Shown here: positions 64,000 through 64,000 of the stretch, piece by piece | Position numbering within the stretch: the first letter of the stretch is position 1 | Layout: each line of letters begins with the position of its first letter | Source: Dehalococcoidia bacterium | GTDB lineage: Bacteria; Chloroflexota; Dehalococcoidia; DSTF01; JACRBR01 | Assembly (NCBI GenBank): GCA_040902535.1 | Contig: JBBDXD010000001.1 | Coordinates: forward strand, 145,161-209,160 | Direction of reading: 5' to 3' | DNA length: 64,000 bases | Position numbers and translations under genes: made by a program | Notes under the pieces: generated by a model | What the model saw: the letters and a program-made list of their open reading frames with translations, nothing else | Told to the model about the DNA's origin: nothing | The model's database searches: none

Positions 64000-64000
64000 G

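Overview
This is a 64-kb, roughly 69% GC bacterial chromosomal segment. It is densely packed, and many adjacent genes share 4-nt ATGA/GTGA stop-start overlaps. Every feature listed is a sequence-only call made without database searches, and its confidence value reflects that.

Housekeeping genes dominate. They are mutS (5' fragment, reverse strand, missed by the ORF track), ppdK, a sirtuin, an amidase, uvrB, xseA/xseB, rluB-like, cmk, plsC, ispH, glmS with a recognisable glmS ribozyme in its leader, nadB-nadC, dtd, mutM, polA, prfA, prmC, and a hisS 3' fragment.

The accessory content is:
- A RAYT-type HUH transposase bracketed by a perfect inverted pair of 28-bp REP hairpins, sitting between ppdK and the sirtuin.
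- A roughly 16-kb, 13-gene reverse-strand polysaccharide operon (38975-54886). It encodes a small monotopic priming phosphoglycosyl transferase, a Wzc-like co-polymerase/BY-kinase, two diverged Wzx flippases, two diverged CelD-like GNAT acyltransferases, a DegT aminotransferase, an epimerase/dehydratase, a Wzy/O-antigen-ligase-like protein and five GT4 glycosyltransferases.
- Upstream of that operon, a large Thr/Pro-repeat secreted protein with an unassigned C-terminal domain, and a membrane GGDEF-GAF-HD-GYP c-di-GMP enzyme.
- Three unrelated secreted proteins (a cupredoxin, a CBM/lamin-tail-domain protein, and an unknown) that share a C-terminal 'Gly/Thr/Pro linker - TM helix - Arg-rich tail' architecture.
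- A PNPOx-like gene translationally coupled to a PNPOx::UbiA/MenA-prenyltransferase fusion.
- A Rdx/SelW-like CxxC gene inserted between prfA and prmC.
- An AT-rich 12-bp perfect palindrome over a promoter-like element directly upstream of nadB-nadC-(P-loop kinase).

No rRNA, tRNA or CRISPR array was seen. Many long antisense ORFs in the supplied track are GC-rich shadow frames and were rejected. Hand-derived coordinates of motifs and alternative starts are approximate (about 1-2 nt).
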